DNA of 64,000 nt from Candidatus Dormiibacterota bacterium (GCA_963709585.1 CAVPXI010000007.1:384001-448000), one strand, 5' to 3'. Positions 33,597 through 43,690 are shown, counted from the first letter of the stretch. Notes: generated by a model not told the origin, from the sequence alone. Translations and numbers: made by a program.

Positions 33597-34319
33597 TCAG
33601 GTGACGTCGGCGGCTATGCATGCGGTCGCGAAGTCGGCCATTGACGGAAAGGTCCAGTCCGGTTCCACCGCGGTGTCCGGAGGCAGCGTGGCCCCCCAAC
33701 CCGCACGTCCGCTGCGCCGGTTGATCCAGACCGTCGAAAGTCCCGCGGCCTTTGCCGGAACGTGGTCGTGGAAGATGCTCTGCGCGACGTGGAGCAGCCG
33801 TTCGCGCTCGACGCCCATGCCGCGCGCGGTGTCGAGCAGCACCGCAAAGTTGCGCGCCGCCGGCTTGTACGAGCCGACGTCCTGGGCAGTGACGACGGCG
33901 TCGAATCGGACGCCCAGGCGGGCGTTGCTCCCCGCGAACGATTTCCGATCGACATTCGAAAGGATCACGAGCTTGTACAGGGTGGACAGTGTCGCGAGCG
34001 CCTGGTGCAAGTCGGCGAACGCGGGCCATTCAGGGACGGACCACGCGAGCCGCTCGCACTGCGCAGCGTCGACAGCCACACCGGTGGCCCCGCCGAGCGA
34101 TCGCATCGTGGCGGCGAGGATCTCCGGGTACAGAGCGGTCGGCGTTCGCGCCTCCTCACGCGCTTCCGCGGTCGCGAATCGCTCGAGGAGCTGCTCCGGC
34201 GTCAGGCTGACCCCGTGCCCGGCCGCCCACGGTGTGAGCACGGCAGAGATCCCCGATTCCCAGTCGATGAGCGTGCCGTAGCAGTCGAAGCTGAGCGCGT
34301 CGAAATCGGACAGTCTCAT
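33597..34319 (-). CDS. Haloacid dehalogenase type II-like HAD hydrolase
   Basis: LSFDCYGTLIDWESG, LSNVD, GSYKP, HVAQSIFHDHVPA, WINRR. Confidence 0.9.
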   Translation of the reverse strand: MRLSDFDALSFDCYGTLIDWESGISAVLTPWAAGHGVSLTPEQLLERFATAEAREEARTPTALYPEILAATMRSLGGATGVAVDAAQCERLAWSVPEWPAFADLHQALATLSTLYKLVILSNVDRKSFAGSNARLGVRFDAVVTAQDVGSYKPAARNFAVLLDTARGMGVERERLLHVAQSIFHDHVPAKAAGLSTVWINRRSGRAGWGATLPPDTAVEPDWTFPSMADFATACIAADVT

Positions 34320-34708
34320 CGTCGCTGCCCTGCGCAGCTGACGCAGTACGAAATCGGCAGGCTCGAGCCTTGTCCGCGCTCACGCACATCGCCGCCGGGC
34401 GTTCCCACATACGCGAAATGCTCGAGCTCGCGGCCGCACTGGGCGCATCGGGTATGGCCTCCGATCCATTGATACACGAAAGGTTGCCCGCCAACGAAGA
34501 CGGTCAATTGGGGCCACGGTCGAAACTGGGTGGCAAGGACCAGACGGCGCTCGGCGTTGGTCGGGATCGACCCGAGTGCGAGGCTGTTGTCACGAATGTC
34601 CGCAATCTCCAGCTGGCCCGTCTCGGTATCGCCGCGCAGAGCCATGACTTCAATTGCCGAGCCCTCCACACGGCCGGCGACGGTGGATTCGAGGTCCTTC
34701 AGAGTCAT
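34316..34708 (-). CDS. Hypothetical protein with C-terminal CxxC...CxxC zinc ribbon
   Basis: Overlaps both neighbours (operon-like); CAQC and CVSC. Confidence 0.6.
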   Translation of the reverse strand: MTLKDLESTVAGRVEGSAIEVMALRGDTETGQLEIADIRDNSLALGSIPTNAERRLVLATQFRPWPQLTVFVGGQPFVYQWIGGHTRCAQCGRELEHFAYVGTPGGDVRERGQGSSLPISYCVSCAGQRR

Positions 34709-35205
34709 GTGGTATCGAGTTTCTCACTCGCTCGCGACCGGGTGATGTAGCGCGGTACGTCCTCGGCCTGAGCCTCGCGAGCGGCGAGGCTGGCCGCTAG
34801 CTCGTCGAGTACTGAGGTGAGCTGGTCGGCGGACGTGGAGGTCAGTCCGGCGACGGTCTGCTCGGCAACCCGCCGCCACGCCGCCTTCAGCTTCGGCAGC
34901 AATGCCCACCCCTGGTCGCTGAGTTCGACGATGGTGGCGCGCCCATCGCTGAGGGACGAGCGCCGAACCACGAGTCCGGCGGCCTCGAGTTGCCGGACGC
35001 TGAGGGTGATGGTCGGCGGCTCATAACCGCTGGCGGCGGCCAGCTGCGCCTGGGTGCGAGGCCCTGCGCTCTCGAGCTCGAGCAGCACCAGCTTGTGCCC
35101 CGGGTGAATGCCCAGCGGGGCGAGCGCAGCGATGGCCAGCGCGCGGTGGCGGATACCGATGGCTCGGATCGCCTCGTTGAGTGCGTCTGCTTGATCGAAG
35201 TTCAT
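34705..35205 (-). CDS. MarR family transcriptional regulator
   Basis: TQAQLAAASGYEPPTITLSVRQLEAAGLVVR...DGRATIVELSDQG winged HTH. Confidence 0.9.
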   Translation of the reverse strand: MNFDQADALNEAIRAIGIRHRALAIAALAPLGIHPGHKLVLLELESAGPRTQAQLAAASGYEPPTITLSVRQLEAAGLVVRRSSLSDGRATIVELSDQGWALLPKLKAAWRRVAEQTVAGLTSTSADQLTSVLDELAASLAAREAQAEDVPRYITRSRASEKLDTT

Positions 35206-35229
35206 CGGCGCCTCTTGACTCCTAGATGC

Positions 35230-35256
35230 TTAGGCGCCTAACCTTAGGCGCCTAAG
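35230..35256. promoter_or_regulatory. Tandem palindromic operator (TTAGGCGCCTAA x2), likely MarR binding sites
   Basis: TTAGGCGCCTAA at 35230-35241 and CTTAGGCGCCTAAG at 35243-35256, between the divergent marR and membrane-protein genes. Confidence 0.75.
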
Positions 35257-35317
35257 TAATTCTACCGCCTGGCGCATGTCGGGCCCAGCGGTAACCACCC
35301 AAGAGGAGAGCGCTGTC

Positions 35318-35749
35318 ATGGCCAGTACGACAACCATGGAATACACCACCCCACGAGCTTCGCGCCTGAGCGGGACCCGAGTCCTCGGCATCGGAGGCGC
35401 CGTGACCGCCGCGGTTGCAGTCTGGGCCGTTGCCGTGCCGGTCCTGGGCCTCCACCTAATCGTCCGATTCGGCACCGGTTTCCCTCAGAGCATCGGGCTT
35501 GACTTCGTCGTGGGTGCCAGCTTCCTGGCGTCTCTGGCGGGCTGGGGTCTCCTCGTGATGCTGGAAAGGCGCAGTCGCCACGCTCGCCTGATCTGGACTA
35601 TGGCTTCACTCGCGGTGCTGCTCGTCTCGTTGAGCCTCCCTCTCAGCGCGGGGACCACAGCGTCAACGAAAGCCGCCCTCGCCGTGATGCACGTGGCCGT
35701 CGCGGCAGTCCTGATCCCCGCCATGCGCATCCGCTCAGCAGCGCGATAA
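35318..35749 (+). CDS. Four-TM membrane protein (DUF6069-like)
   Basis: GAGGAG RBS; four hydrophobic helices; LAGWGLL...LERR, LAVMHVAVAAVL. Confidence 0.7.
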   Translation: MASTTTMEYTTPRASRLSGTRVLGIGGAVTAAVAVWAVAVPVLGLHLIVRFGTGFPQSIGLDFVVGASFLASLAGWGLLVMLERRSRHARLIWTMASLAVLLVSLSLPLSAGTTASTKAALAVMHVAVAAVLIPAMRIRSAAR

Positions 35750-35938
35750 CGCCTGCAGGGCGGACCGTGGCACTCCGCGGCTGAGGTTCGCCCAGACGCG
35801 GCGGTAGCATGGCGCCACCGTGGCAGCAGTGGCGGTGGCCTGGACGCTCGCGAGGCCGGGAGTAACCGGCGCCATCGTCCGGGCGCGCAGTGCGGCGGCG
35901 GCCACTGCCGTGGTAACGCACGGGTCCGGGGCGCAAGC

Positions 35939-36684
35939 ATGACCGGCTTCGTACCCGTACTGATCGCCACCTTCCTGGCGTCAGCGGTCGAGGCCATCGA
36001 GATGGTCACCATCGTGGTGGGGGTCGGGGCAACCCGCGGCTGGCGCTCGACGCTGCTTGGGGCGGCGACCGGCTTCCTCGTGCTCGCGGTGCTCGTCGCC
36101 GCCTTTGGTCTGGCACTCAGCGCCATTCCGATCGCACCGCTCAGGCTGGTGATTGGAGCCCTGCTGCTGATCTTCGGGCTGCAGTGGTTGCGAAAGGGCG
36201 TGGTTCGGGTCGCGGCTCGGGGACTGGCAGGCATCCAGATGGACGCCGTGGAAGATGCCGAGGTGTGGACGGGTATCGGTGTCGACTGGACGGCGTTCGT
36301 CCTGGCCTTCAAGGGCGTGTTGCTCGAAGGGTTGGAAATCGCCTTTATCGTCGTCTCGCTCGGGGCCACCGCGGGCCAGCTGGGAGTGGCGGTAATCGGT
36401 GGCGCGGCCGCACTGGTGATCGTGGGTGCTCTGGGCATTGCCCTGATACGCGTGGTGGTGCGCATTCCGCGCAGCTTCTACAGCTCGTGGTCGGGATTCT
36501 GCTGAGCACCTTCGGGTCGTTCTGGGCACCGGAAGGCCTCGGGGTGAGCTGGCCCGGAGGCGACATGGCGATCCTCGGACTGCTGGCTGTCTATGTGCTC
36601 GCAGCGGCCACCAACATCGCGATCGAGCGCCGGGGTGCACGCCGCGGCGCAATGAACATCAGTCTGGGCGAGGTGACGAGATGA
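35939..36684 (+). CDS. COG4280-like membrane protein (possible metal transporter); apparent -1 frameshift near 36477
   Basis: FLASAVEAIE, FGLQWLRK, FKGVLLEGLEIAFIV; continues in another frame as LQLVVGILLSTFGSFWAPEGLGVSWPG. Confidence 0.75.
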
Positions 36685-36920
36685 TCCGCGTCCTATCGTG
36701 GCTGCGCGGCTTCGGCCGCTTCTGGTATCGATTCATCATCGGTGACGATTGGACGGTGGCGACGGCGGTTGTCATCGGCCTGGCGGTCACCGCCGCTCTG
36801 AACGCAGCTCACATCGCCGCGTGGTGGGTCATCCCGCTGATCGTGATCGTGATGCTGCGGGTCAGTGTGCAGCGGTCCAAGCGCCCAAAGGAACAGCACA
36901 GCGTCCGGCGCACGGGATGA
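36681..36920 (+). CDS. Small membrane protein
   Basis: FGRFWYRFIIGDDW motif and two TM segments; overlaps both neighbours. Confidence 0.7.
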   Translation: MIRVLSWLRGFGRFWYRFIIGDDWTVATAVVIGLAVTAALNAAHIAAWWVIPLIVIVMLRVSVQRSKRPKEQHSVRRTG

Positions 36921-38099
36921 AAGCGGTCGTCTTCACCGACACCCGGTCGGTCAGCGTTCGCGACGTGCCCGACGCGGAAATCGAGGAGCCGACCGACGCC
37001 GTCATCCGCGTGACGTCCAGCGCGATCTGTGGCACGGACCTGCACATGTATGACGGCAGAACAGGTGCCACACCAGGCCTGATATTCGGCCATGAGCCCC
37101 TCGGGGTGATCGATCGCGTGGGGGCGGCAGTCGAGATGGTCCAGCCCGGGGATCGGGTCGTGATTCCAACTCATTTGTACTGCGGCGTCTGCGTGAATTG
37201 CGCGCGCGGCTACTCTGCCGCCTGTCTGCGGGTGCGTCCCGGCGGGTTTGGGGCCGCGTATGGCTACGCTGGGATGGGTCCGTATCGCGGCGCGCACGCG
37301 GAACTGCTGCGGGTGCCCTACGCCGATGCCAACTGCATCCCGGTACCGGGTGCACCGGGCGACGAGTGGGAAGACGATCTGGTATTGCTGGCCGATGCCT
37401 TCGTCACCGGCTGGCATGCGACTGTCCTTGCGGACGTGTACCCAGGTGCGACCGTCGCCGTCTTCGGCGCCGGCACCATCGGCCTCCTCTCCGCCTACAG
37501 CGCATTGCTCAAAGGCGCAGCGGAGGTCTACGTGGTCGACCACATTTCTGAGCGGCTGGACAAAGCCCGCGAGCTGGGCGCAGCTGCCGTCGATTTCCGG
37601 CAGGGCGACCCTGTCGAGCAGATACTCGAGCTTCGTCGGAACTCGTGGACTTCCGTTGGGCGAGGAGCCGATGAGCGGCGTGCAGATCGGCATCGACGCG
37701 GTGGGCTTCCAAGCCGTCGATCGTTCGGCGGTGCACGCGGAGAACCCAACGCAGGTCATCTTTGACCTCGGCCGGCTCATCAACCCGACCGGGCACCTGG
37801 GCATCGCCGGCGTCTACGCGGAGAAGGATCTCCATCCTGCGCCAGAGGGATCTTCCGACGGCCGGCTCACGGTGCCGTGGGCGACCTTCTTCTCGAAAGG
37901 TGTTTCGGTCAACTTTGGCCGCACCCACGACCGCCGCTACACCGTGCTCTTGCGGGACCTGGTGCTGTCAGGTCGAGCTCGGCCGGGCGTAGTCGTCACG
38001 CATCATGGTCGACTCGAAGACGCACCGGACCTGTACCGGGAGTTCGATCAGCGCGCGACCGGAATCATCAAGGCCGTGCTCCATCCGCAGCAGGGCTGA
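36917..38099 (+). CDS. Zn-dependent alcohol/aldehyde dehydrogenase, glutathione-independent formaldehyde dehydrogenase-like; apparent +1 frameshift at 37639-37644
   Basis: ICGTDLHMY, GHEPLG, CGVCVNC...C, GAAYGYAGMGPY, FGAGTIG; IDAVGFQA...IKAVL in the second frame. Confidence 0.88.
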
Positions 38100-38176
38100 C
38101 AGCATGGTGATGAGACGTAGGCACAGCCGGCGATTGGCCTGCAAGGTGCTCGAGGAGCCATCCTGATCGGGGACGG

Positions 38177-38773
38177 TTACAGAGGCGCTACGCCGATCAG
38201 GCCGTTGCGGGTGACCAGCGACGTCAGCGCGTCAACGTCGAGATCGCCCGTTCCCGACGGTCGTCGCGGTAACACCATGTAGCGCGATTCGGCGCTCGAA
38301 TCCCACACGTTCACGTCGACATCGGTGTCAAGGTCGAACCCAAATTCCGAAAGAACGGCGCGCGGGTCGCGAACAACGCGTGAGCGGTACGCCTCGCTCT
38401 TGTACCAAGTCGGCGACGGCCCGAGCAGCGCGATCGGGTAGCAGGAACACAGGGTGCAGACGACGACATTGTGGAGGCTTTCTGTGTTGGCCACGACCTT
38501 GAGCCGTTGCTGCTGGAGGCCGCCGCCCATTGACAGCCCCAGCTCCTCGATCGCGCTGTTCGCATGTGCGAGCAGCCGCGCGCGAAACGATTCGTCAACC
38601 CACGCCTGGGCGACAACCCGCGCGCCGTTGGCCGGCGACGACCGAGCCAGAAAGGCCTCGAGCGCCACTTCCAGCTCGCGTGCATCAACGAGCTCGCGCT
38701 GCTCGAGCAGACCTTCGACGTGACGTACGCGCGCCGCCAGGGAGCCAGGCGTGTGCTCGTGATCGCCGCTCAT
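38177..38773 (-). CDS. Nitrile hydratase alpha / thiocyanate hydrolase gamma-like subunit (Co-type)
   Basis: NGARVVAQAWVD, VVCTLCSCYP metal-binding motif, WYKSEAYRSRVVRDPR, RYMVLPRRP. Confidence 0.92.
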   Translation of the reverse strand: MSGDHEHTPGSLAARVRHVEGLLEQRELVDARELEVALEAFLARSSPANGARVVAQAWVDESFRARLLAHANSAIEELGLSMGGGLQQQRLKVVANTESLHNVVVCTLCSCYPIALLGPSPTWYKSEAYRSRVVRDPRAVLSEFGFDLDTDVDVNVWDSSAESRYMVLPRRPSGTGDLDVDALTSLVTRNGLIGVAPL

Positions 38774-39054
38774 CGCGTGTCCTTGTGGACAGCGGTCAGG
38801 TAGCTCTGCCACAACGCGATCGTGACCGTGTGATCGCCCTCCCCGAAGAGGTCGCGTGCCGCGAACTGCACGGCGTAGACCGGTTCCGGCGTACTGTCGA
38901 TTCCCCGCGCGCGATCATCCGCCCGCGGATAGACACCCTCGCACTCGATCACGACGCCGACCGCCCCGCGGGCGTAGCGCGGAAGCCTGGTGTGGTGCGG
39001 TGGATCGATGCGACTGGTCTGAACGCGAGCGCCTGATGTGAATCGTTCAGCCAT
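38770..39054 (-). CDS. Nitrile hydratase beta C-terminal (SH3-like) subunit, ScnA-like
   Basis: HTRLPRYARGAVG, YAVQFAARDLFG, LWQSYL. Confidence 0.88.
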   Translation of the reverse strand: MAERFTSGARVQTSRIDPPHHTRLPRYARGAVGVVIECEGVYPRADDRARGIDSTPEPVYAVQFAARDLFGEGDHTVTIALWQSYLTAVHKDTR

Positions 39055-39334
39055 CGCTCATCTCAGCGGCGGCGGTGAGGACTCCTTTCTCCACCAGGAG
39101 CGTGGAGATGGCGTGGAACCACCGCTCGTAATACGAGGCTGCCAGATACTGCTGCGCGGGCATGCGCTCCACTGCGTCGCGAAACTCGTCGAGGTTGTAG
39201 ATACCACGCCCAATCAGAGCACGGTTCATCGCAAAGACGTGCGCTTCCCCGTCCGCGTGGGACGGTGGCTCATCGACCTCGTGCACGAGCGGGGGAAATC
39301 CCTCCATGCCGCCGACGTCGTTGACTCAACTCAT
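39047..39334 (-). CDS. Nitrile hydratase beta N-terminal subunit, ScnB-like; in-frame TGA at codon 3 (probable error for CGA)
   Basis: MS*VNDVGGMEGF...LDEFRDAVERM...YLAASYYERW. Confidence 0.85.
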
Positions 39335-39338
39335 CGCG

Positions 39339-39626
39339 CTACGAGTTGGCCGCCACCCCGCGAACCTCTGCCGACTTCAGACGCACGGCATGAGGAGCGT
39401 GGTCGCTCGCGAAGAACTGCTGCGCCATCTCCGCACCGGCTTTTGCCGTTGCCTCGCTGTCGAAGAACACCACCGAGATCGCCTCCCCATCGTCGTCGGC
39501 TTCCAGCCAGTATCCGGCAACGAATCCTGGTGATTTCGCCACCAGGGGTGCAACGTTTTCCGTGAGATTCCGTCGGTCCTCTTCGTCGTCCCGTTCGATG
39601 TTAACTGTGGTTACGAGAGCGTGCAT
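39339..39626 (-). CDS. Small dimeric alpha/beta-barrel (ABM-like) protein
   Basis: VAPLVAKSPGFVAGYWL...SVVFFDSEATA; directly upstream of the hydratase genes. Confidence 0.7.
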   Translation of the reverse strand: MHALVTTVNIERDDEEDRRNLTENVAPLVAKSPGFVAGYWLEADDDGEAISVVFFDSEATAKAGAEMAQQFFASDHAPHAVRLKSAEVRGVAANS

Positions 39627-39728
39627 CGGGTCGCCTCCTCCGGGCAGATATGGGCTTGACAGTATGCCTGAGGCTACCTGGCTCCGTATGGCCCCAGCCG
39701 AGCCCTCCGAGCACGGTCGCGACGAGGC

Positions 39729-40244
39729 TCAGCTGGGCGGCGGCATCTGGCTGATGCCCGACGCAGTGTTGACGATGCGCTCGATCTGCTTGACATGCGG
39801 CCGTTCATGGCGAGCCAGCCACTGCGCGTAGAACAGCACAGTCCGCTCTAGCGCCCTTCCCGCCCCGGTGACGGTTGCCGCACGTGACCAGCCTTCGCGC
39901 GGCAACGGTTCCAGGATCGCCAGTAGATCGGCACGCTGCGTCGCCAAGGCCCGCAACGAGGGCCGGAACTCCAGCTCGAGATAGTCCGTCTTCTTGATCC
40001 ATGTCCGGGGATTGACAGCCCGTAGCGTCGGCGCGTCCTCGTTGATCATCGCGACGATGCAGTTGCCCCAGACGTCGGCACATGCGCGGAGATGAGCGAG
40101 CACGTCGTTTGCGGACCACTCATCGTGGCTGGAGCTGGTCCGCAACTGAGCCGGTGTCAGACCGGCCGTGCGCTCAGCGATGCGCGGCGCCGTCTCTTCA
40201 AGCTGGGACAGAACCTGCTCAATCGTCAGCGATCTGCTGGGCAC
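39729..40244 (-). CDS. DinB family protein
   Basis: EWSANDVLAHL and HERPHVKQI His motifs. Confidence 0.82.
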   Translation of the reverse strand: MPSRSLTIEQVLSQLEETAPRIAERTAGLTPAQLRTSSSHDEWSANDVLAHLRACADVWGNCIVAMINEDAPTLRAVNPRTWIKKTDYLELEFRPSLRALATQRADLLAILEPLPREGWSRAATVTGAGRALERTVLFYAQWLARHERPHVKQIERIVNTASGISQMPPPS

Positions 40245-40255
40245 GTGGCGACCGC

Positions 40256-41539
40256 TCAGATGTCGTCCGCCAACGTCTCCGCCAAAGCGGGGGTCACGGC
40301 ATTGGGCAGCACTGTATTGACATAAGAAGTGACCGCCTCTTTGAGGCCGACGTCGTGCCCGGCGGCCTCGGAGAGATACCAACGGTGGTCGAGCACCTGG
40401 TGGAATACCTCGGCGGGCTCGAGCCGGCTGCGAAGCTCGGCCGGGACTGCGGCAACGGTGGGCTCGAAGACCTCGCTGAGCCAGCGGCGGGCGGCCACCC
40501 TCTCCGAGACCGGCGCTCCTGCCGAAGCCTCCAGCTCGGTTCGGTATCGGGCAAGATCGCCCAGCAGTCGCCGCGCCTGGTTCTCCTGGACCTCGAGGCC
40601 AGTCAGGGCTCGGAGGGTGCGGATGTGATGGCCGGGCTCGACGACTCGGGGCTGAAGGCGCATGCGGTACTCGCCACCCTGCGCAAGCACTTCGACCTCG
40701 TCGACGTCGAAGCCCAGAGCATTGAGCCGTTGCAGCCGCTCTTCGATCCGGTAGCGCTGGTCGGGGGCGAAGGCGACTTCCTGGGTCAGCTCCGACCAGA
40801 GACCTTCGTAGCGCCGGCGCAACTCCTCGGCGGCACCAAGTGGATCCATGCGATGAACGAGCCCCTCAGCCGTGATGTCGAGGAGCTCGCCGGCGATGTT
40901 CTCCTCGGCCACCATGACATCCTGGTTGCGCTGGCCGTCGCTCAGCTGCGGGTGGAGCTCGCCGGTTTCGGTGTCGACCACGTATGCACCCAGGGCTCCG
41001 GCATCGCGGCGGAACAGCGTGTTGGAAAGGGAGCAGTCACCCCAGAAAAAGCCGGCGACGTGGAGCCGGATCAGCAGGTTCACCAGGCTGTCGAGGAGGC
41101 GGTCGCTCAGCGCCTCATCAGCACCCGTCGCCCCCAGAACCCGGCGATAGGGCAGCGAGAAGTCGAGATGCCGGGTGATCAGGATGGCGTCGAGCCCGTC
41201 GTCCAACGACGTCCGCAGGAATGCCCCTTCGCCGCCAGTGCCGCCGCCGGCCCGGCGATCGGTGACCAGCCCGGCGACCTCGACCACCGGAATGAACAGC
41301 CGGTCGAGTTCAGCGAGCAGCCGGTACTCACGCTCGGCCAGGCGGCGGGATAGTTCCTTGAGCGCGTAGATGGCCTCGCCATAGCGGACGAATCGGACCA
41401 CGTGGCGTGAGATCCCTCGCGGGACGTCGACCAGGCGCTCATGCCGCCAGGCGGCGAGCGGAAGGTCCCAGGGCAGATCGAGGAAGTCGGGATGGCCGGT
41501 GCGCCTCCGCATCTGGAAGTCGACTGCCTGCGGTATCAC
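40256..41539 (-). CDS. DUF4032-domain protein with N-terminal LPS-kinase-like domain
   Basis: FLDLPWDLPL, GISRHVVRF, FFWGDCSLSNTLFRRDAG, VDTETGE, LDHRWYLSE. Confidence 0.85.
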   Translation of the reverse strand: MIPQAVDFQMRRRTGHPDFLDLPWDLPLAAWRHERLVDVPRGISRHVVRFVRYGEAIYALKELSRRLAEREYRLLAELDRLFIPVVEVAGLVTDRRAGGGTGGEGAFLRTSLDDGLDAILITRHLDFSLPYRRVLGATGADEALSDRLLDSLVNLLIRLHVAGFFWGDCSLSNTLFRRDAGALGAYVVDTETGELHPQLSDGQRNQDVMVAEENIAGELLDITAEGLVHRMDPLGAAEELRRRYEGLWSELTQEVAFAPDQRYRIEERLQRLNALGFDVDEVEVLAQGGEYRMRLQPRVVEPGHHIRTLRALTGLEVQENQARRLLGDLARYRTELEASAGAPVSERVAARRWLSEVFEPTVAAVPAELRSRLEPAEVFHQVLDHRWYLSEAAGHDVGLKEAVTSYVNTVLPNAVTPALAETLADDI

Positions 41540-41605
41540 TGATGGCCTCCGAGGTCCACCGCGCCACGGCAACCCCAGGCGCGATGCGCGTCCCTGTCCG
41601 CCGGC

Positions 41606-42151
41606 TTAGGTCGTCGCCGCAGCCGGCACGTTCGCCTCGACGAGCTCGCCCTGGATGGTGATCTGAATTTCGCTGCCGACCACAAGCCTGCCATCCATGA
41701 GCATGTCGACGTTGAGACCGAAGTCCTTGCGCAGGATCTGCGTCTCCGCGCCGTAGCCGATCCGGTGGCCCATGTTGGGGTCGTTGAACTCTCCATAGTT
41801 CACGACTGCGAGGGTCACCGGTCGGGTGTTGCCCTTGATGGTCAGATCGCCAGTCATCGTGTATCGATCCGATCCAGCGCTTTCGATCTTCGTGCTCTTG
41901 AACGTGATGGTCGGAAAGTGTTCAACGTCGAGAAAGTTTGACGTGCGCAGATCGTTGTCGCGGCGTTCATTGTGGGTGCGAATACTCGCGGTCTGGATGA
42001 CCACCTCCACGGACGACGCCTCAGGATTTTCGACGTTGATGTCGCCCGACGCCTGCACGTCTGTGAAGTTGCCACGCACCGTCATCATGCCCAGATGCTT
42101 GACGGCGAACTCGACCTGCGTGTGCATCGGGTCCAATTGCCAGACGCCCAT
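41606..42151 (-). CDS. YceI family protein
   Basis: WQLDPMHTQVEFAVKH, RDNDLRTSNFLDVEHFPTITF, GDLTIKG, RKDFG. Confidence 0.92.
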   Translation of the reverse strand: MGVWQLDPMHTQVEFAVKHLGMMTVRGNFTDVQASGDINVENPEASSVEVVIQTASIRTHNERRDNDLRTSNFLDVEHFPTITFKSTKIESAGSDRYTMTGDLTIKGNTRPVTLAVVNYGEFNDPNMGHRIGYGAETQILRKDFGLNVDMLMDGRLVVGSEIQITIQGELVEANVPAAATT

Positions 42152-42469
42152 GAGCAACCTCCTGTCACGCGTCATCGTCGGCAGGGCATCGTAACGCTCG
42201 GGGCGGCACGCCGGCGTGTCTCGCCTGGACCGGTTCACCCGTGTCGTCGCCATCCAGTTCGGCTGGGTCCCGATCACATCGCCCGACGGCAATGGCTGGC
42301 CTCAGGGTGTCTGGGTCTCCTGCAGGAACTGATGGCCGCGCCGAAATCTCTCGGCAGTCGTCCCGCCACCCCGGTTTGATCGTCTGAGCCCACGCCTTCG
42401 GCTCTGATGCGGCGGTGACAATTCGCTGACCACTGGGACAGACGGCCCCGCGATGTAGAGACTGGCTCC

Positions 42470-43654
42470 ATGAGCACCACGGTCGACCCGAAGTGGTTCA
42501 CCGCGCCGCCCGGCCACTATCCGCTCGGTCCTCCGACAGCCTCGACCGATCGGTTCTTCGACATGGCGGCGGACCTCCTCTGTATCGCCGGGGTGGACGG
42601 CTACTTCAAGGTCGTGAACCAGGCCTGGAGTGAGGCACTGGGCTACCAGGATGGTGAGCTGCTCCAGAGGCCGTTCGTGGACTTCGTACATCCTGAGGAT
42701 CGGCGGGCGACGATCAACGCGTCATCCCAGGTCGCCAGCGGCTCCAAGCTCGTGCACTTCCGCAACCGCTATCGATGCAAAGACGGCACGTACAAATGGC
42801 TTGCGTGGTCGGCGTCGGCGGCGCTCAGCGACGGATCGATCTACGCGGTCGCACGCGATGTGACCGACGAGGTCGCCACTCAGGTCAACGTGCAACAGCA
42901 CCGCGATGCCCAGAGAACGCGCGTGCTGGGCGTCATGTCCGAGAACGCCATCCGGCCGGTCTTCCAGCCGATCGTCAACATCACCACGCTCGAGGTCGGC
43001 GGGTACGAGGCGCTGTCGCGGTTTGATCTCGCATCGGGAGCCGGCGGCTCGCCCGAGCAGTGGTTCGCGGCGGCTGAAGAGGCAGGACTGCGTTCCCAGC
43101 TCGAGATCCACGCGATCCGCAAAGCGGTGGCCCACGCGTACCAGCTGCCGTCCGAGGCATTTCTTTCTCTGAACGCCTCGCCTGTCACGCTGTTGCGCGA
43201 GGACTTCAGCCGCATGGTCGAAGCGCTGCACGGGGAATGCCTTGTCGTGGAAGTCACCGAGCATGCCGCAGTCGAGGACTACGAGCCGTTGCAGCGTGCG
43301 ATCGATCGTCTGCGCCACCACGGGGTGCGCCTCGCTATCGACGATGCCGGCGCCGGCTTCGCCAGCCTCAAACACATCGTGCATCTGCTTCCCGAGTTCA
43401 TCAAGCTCGACCTGTTCCTGATCCGCAACATCCATGAGGATCCCGTCAAGCGCGCGGTGGTCGCCGGCATGCTCGGCGTCGCGGCGCAGATCGGTGGCAA
43501 GGTCATCGCCGAGGGGGTCGAGACAGCCGACGAGTTGAGCGTGCTGCGCGAACTCGGGGTCGAGTGGGTTCAGGGCTACTACTTCGGGCGTCCGGGTCCG
43601 CTGCCCGCCGCCGTCACCGCCACCGGTTCGCGCTCGCCGACGCACCCTTCCTGA
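42470..43654 (+). CDS. PAS-EAL c-di-GMP phosphodiesterase
   Basis: PAS (FVHPEDR); FQPIV, YEALSRF, VEVTE, AIDDAGAGFASL, IKLD, AEGVET, QGYYFGRP. Confidence 0.92.
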   Translation: MSTTVDPKWFTAPPGHYPLGPPTASTDRFFDMAADLLCIAGVDGYFKVVNQAWSEALGYQDGELLQRPFVDFVHPEDRRATINASSQVASGSKLVHFRNRYRCKDGTYKWLAWSASAALSDGSIYAVARDVTDEVATQVNVQQHRDAQRTRVLGVMSENAIRPVFQPIVNITTLEVGGYEALSRFDLASGAGGSPEQWFAAAEEAGLRSQLEIHAIRKAVAHAYQLPSEAFLSLNASPVTLLREDFSRMVEALHGECLVVEVTEHAAVEDYEPLQRAIDRLRHHGVRLAIDDAGAGFASLKHIVHLLPEFIKLDLFLIRNIHEDPVKRAVVAGMLGVAAQIGGKVIAEGVETADELSVLRELGVEWVQGYYFGRPGPLPAAVTATGSRSPTHPS

Positions 43655-43690
43655 CCTCGGCGGCCGCGAGGGCTGTCGTAGGATGGCTCG

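Noticed and set aside
39326-39328. In-frame TGA as selenocysteine or readthrough in the hydratase beta gene
   Set aside because: The position fits Arg (CGA) within a GAGTC motif and shows the same C-to-T type lesion as in purL; it is not a Cys position.
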